From Hydrurus foetidus (taxonomy: Eukaryota), in contig UYFQ01000382.1 of NCBI GenBank assembly GCA_900617105.1, positions 62,001-82,050 on the forward strand: a DNA stretch of 20,050 nucleotides, written 5' to 3'. The stretch's first letter is position 1; each line of letters begins with the position of its first letter. The position numbers and the translations under genes were made by a program. The notes below the pieces were generated by a model. It did not search any database, had not been told where the DNA came from, and worked only from the letters and a program-made list of their open reading frames with translations. Shown piece by piece: positions 17,201 to 20,050 of this stretch.

Positions 17201-20050
17201 GACGTTACTGAAATCAGAAATGTATATGTTGCCTGATGCATCGACGGCGACACCTCTCGGCGAGCTCACTTGTGCTGATGTCGCATAACCTCCGTCGCCC
17301 CCGTTGCCATACTGTCCGGTACCGACCACAGTAGTGATGATGCCCGTGCTCTTGGTCACCTTACGGATACGGCGATTGTTGGCATCGGCTATGTAGATGT
17401 TGCCTGATGTATCGACAGCGATGCTTTGGGGCCACACTATTACTGCCGATGTCGCATAACCTCCGTCCCCACTGAACCCGTTCTGTCCGTTACCAGCCAC
17501 AGTAGTGATGACGCCAGTGCTCTTGGTTACGACAGGAATGCGAAGATTGGATGCATCGGCTATATAGATGTTGCCTGATGCATCGACAACCACGCTATGA
17601 GGGTTCAGCAATCTCGCTAGCGTCGCTTGTCCGCCATCCCCTCTGAAGCCGCTCTCCGCAGTGCCAGCTACAGTGCTAATGATACCGGTGCTCTTGGTCA
17701 CCATGCGAATACGATGATTTTCCGTGTCAGCTATGTAGATGTTGCCTGATGCCTCTACTGCAACACCTTGCGGAGAGCTCAACTGAGCTTGCATCGCTTG
17801 ACCTCCGTCACCGCTGTAGCCATATAGTCCGTTACCAGCCACAGTGGTGATGATGCCTGTGCTCTTTGTCACCATTCTGATGATTTGATTTTCCCTGTCC
17901 GCGATGTAGACGTTTCCTGACGCATCGACAGCGACAGCTTCAGGATAGCTCAGTTCTGATGCTGTCGCTCGACCTCCATCACCACCTCTTCCATCTACAG
18001 CACTACCAGCCACAGTCGTGATAGTAATCAAGTCAGATGTTGGCGACGATGTGAGTGAAGGTGTTGGCGATGATGTGGGAGCTGCTGTGAATGATTCAGA
18101 GCCCACTTTCCGAATACGCTTATTACCAGTATCGGCTATGTAAATATTGCCCCACGCATCTACTGCAATACCTAGAGGCATCGACACTTGCGCACTTCTT
18201 GGTATTTCTCCATCACCACTGAAGCCGCCCGAACCGGTTCCAGCTACAGTGCTGATGATGCCAGTGCTCTTGGTCACCATCCTGATGACGTTACTGAAAT
18301 CAGAAATGTATATGTTGCCTGATGCATCGACGGCGACACCTCTCGGCGAGCTCAGTTGTGCTGATGTCGCATAACCTCCGTCGCCCCCGTTGCCATACTG
18401 TCCGGTACCGACCACAGTAGTGATGATGCCCGTGCTCTTGGTCACCTTACGGATACGGCGATTGTTGGCATCGGCTATGTAGATGTAGCCTGATGTATCG
18501 ACAGCGATGCTTTGGGGCCACACTATTACTGCCGATGTCGCATAACCTCCGTCCCCACTGAACCCGTTCTGTCCGTTACCAGCCACAGTAGTGATGACGC
18601 CAGTGCTCTTGGTTACGACAGGAATGCGAAGATTGGATGCATCGGCTATATAGATGTTGCCTGATGCATCGACAACCACGCTATGAGGGTTCAGCAATCT
18701 CACTAGCGTCGCTTGTCCGCCATCCCCTCTGAAGCCGCTCTCCGCAGTGCCAGCTACAGTGCTAATGATACCGGTGCTCTTGGTCACCATGCGAATACGA
18801 TGATTTTCCGTGTCAGCTATGTAGATGTTGCCTGATGCCTCTACTGCAACACCTTGCGGAGAGCTCAACTGAGCTTGCATCGCTTGACCTCCGTCACCGC
18901 TGCCATATAGTCCGTTACCAGCCACAGTGGTGATGATGCCTGTGCTCTTTGTCACTATTCTGATGATTTGATTTTCCCTGTCCGCGATGTAGACGTTTCC
19001 TGACGCATCGACAGCGACAGCTTCAGGATAGCTCAGTTCTGATGCTGTCGCTCGACCTCCATCACCACCTCTTCCAGCTACAGCACTACCAGCCACAGTC
19101 GTGATAGTAATCAAGTCAGATGTTGGCGACGATGTGAGTGAAGGTGTTGGCGATGATGTGGGAGCTGCTGTGAATGATTCAGAGCCCACTTTCCGAATAC
19201 GCTTATTACCAGTATCGGCTATGTAAATATTGCCCACGCATCTACTGCAATACCTAGAGGCATCGACACTTGCGCACTTCTTGGTATTTCTCCATCACCA
19301 CTGAAGCCGCCCGAACCGGTTCCAGCAACAGTGCTGATGATGCCAGTGCTCTTGGTCACCATCCTGATGACGTTACTGAAATCAGAAATGTGTATGTTGC
19401 CTGATGCATCGACGGCGACACCTCTCGGCGAGCTCAGTTGTGCTGATGTCGCATAACCTCCGTCGCCCCCGTTGCCATACTGTCCGGTACCGACCACAGT
19501 AGTGATGATGCCCGTGCTCTTGGTCACCTTACGGATACGGCGATTGTTGGCATCGGCTATGTAGATGTTGCCTGATGTATCGACAGCGATGCTTTGGGGC
19601 CACACTATTACTGCCGATGTCGCATAACCTCCGTCCCCACTGAACCCGTTCTGTCCGTTACCAGCCACAGTAGTGATGACGCCAGTGCTCTTGGTTACGA
19701 CAGGAATGCGAAGATTGGATGCGTCGGCTATATAGATGTTGCCTGATGCATCGACAACCACGCTATGAGGGTTCAGCAATCTCGCTAGCGTCGCTTGTCC
19801 GCCATCCCCTCTGAAGCCGCTCTCCGCAGTGCCAGCTACAGTGCTAATGATACCGGTGCTCTTGGTCACCATGCGAATACGATGATTTTCCGTGTCAGCT
19901 ATGTAGATGTTGCCTGATGCCTCTACTGCAACACCTTGCGGAGAGCTCAACCGAGCTTGCATCGCTTGACCTCCGTCACCGCTGTAGCCATATAGTCCGT
20001 TACCAGCCACAGTGGTGATGATGCCTGTGCTCTTTGTCACCATTCTGATG
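11299..20050 (-). CDS. Giant tandem NHL-repeat (six-bladed beta-propeller) protein, 5'-partial, >2900 aa if three 1-bp frameshifts are corrected; possibly a pseudogene
   Basis: ORFs 19219-20043, 15095-19237, 12441-15023 and 11299-12435 are pieces of one frame, broken by single-base deletions near 19233, 15127 and 12485. The blade motif ITTVAG.G..G.SGDGG.A..A.L..P..VAVD.SGNIYIAD..N.RIR.V occurs six times per 362-aa unit. Units are joined by APTSSPTPSLTSSPTS linkers. Confidence 0.88.
12421..12665 (-). other. Unique Pro/Thr/Ser/Lys-rich linker (PTKK-type repeats) before the last propeller
   Basis: APRLSPSISRTRVPTSLPTMSQTPLPTSSHTMSPTAEPISLPTKGPTKRPTKKPTY-[frameshift]-PTKKPTHHPTRKPISPVSTTK. Confidence 0.8.
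12647..20050. repeat. 1086-bp coding tandem repeat (about 6.8 units), plus one further propeller copy at about 11410-12420
   Basis: Equivalent positions fall at 12718, 13804, 14890, 15975, 17061 and 18147 (spacings 1086, 1086, 1085, 1086, 1086). The last copy is offset by 1265 (11453). Copies differ by only a few bases. Confidence 0.98.

Noticed and set aside
11453..18374. Seven repeated 75-aa plus-strand ORFs (MPHASTAIPRG...)
   Set aside because: They are antisense shadows of the NHL repeat and recur only because the DNA unit repeats.
12647..20050. Transposon or LTR origin of the 1086-bp repeat
   Set aside because: No terminal repeats, target-site duplications or transposase/RT motifs are present. 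The unit matches a protein domain boundary in frame.

Overview
Eukaryotic genomic DNA with spliceosomal GT-AG introns. A protist or alga, possibly a stramenopile, is a low-confidence guess. There are three main parts. (1) 1-6629: a near-perfect 92-bp tandem array of 72 full copies that runs off the left edge. (2) 6613-9416, minus strand: the first six coding exons of a LETM1/Mdm38 mitochondrial inner-membrane protein gene, spliced by hand with all phases consistent. The 92-bp unit consists of the last 17 nt of exon 6, its 5' splice site and the first 75 nt of intron 6. The satellite is therefore an amplified exon/intron junction forming a >6.6 kb intron with 72 intact donor sites, and each unit formally reads GT...AG. 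(3) About 11299 to >20050, minus strand: an intron-free giant NHL-repeat gene built from near-identical 1086-bp units, each one six-bladed beta-propeller plus an S/T/P linker. It has at least 8 propellers and is split by three 1-bp deletions (assembly errors or pseudogenisation). 9420-10750 has no feature I can support.
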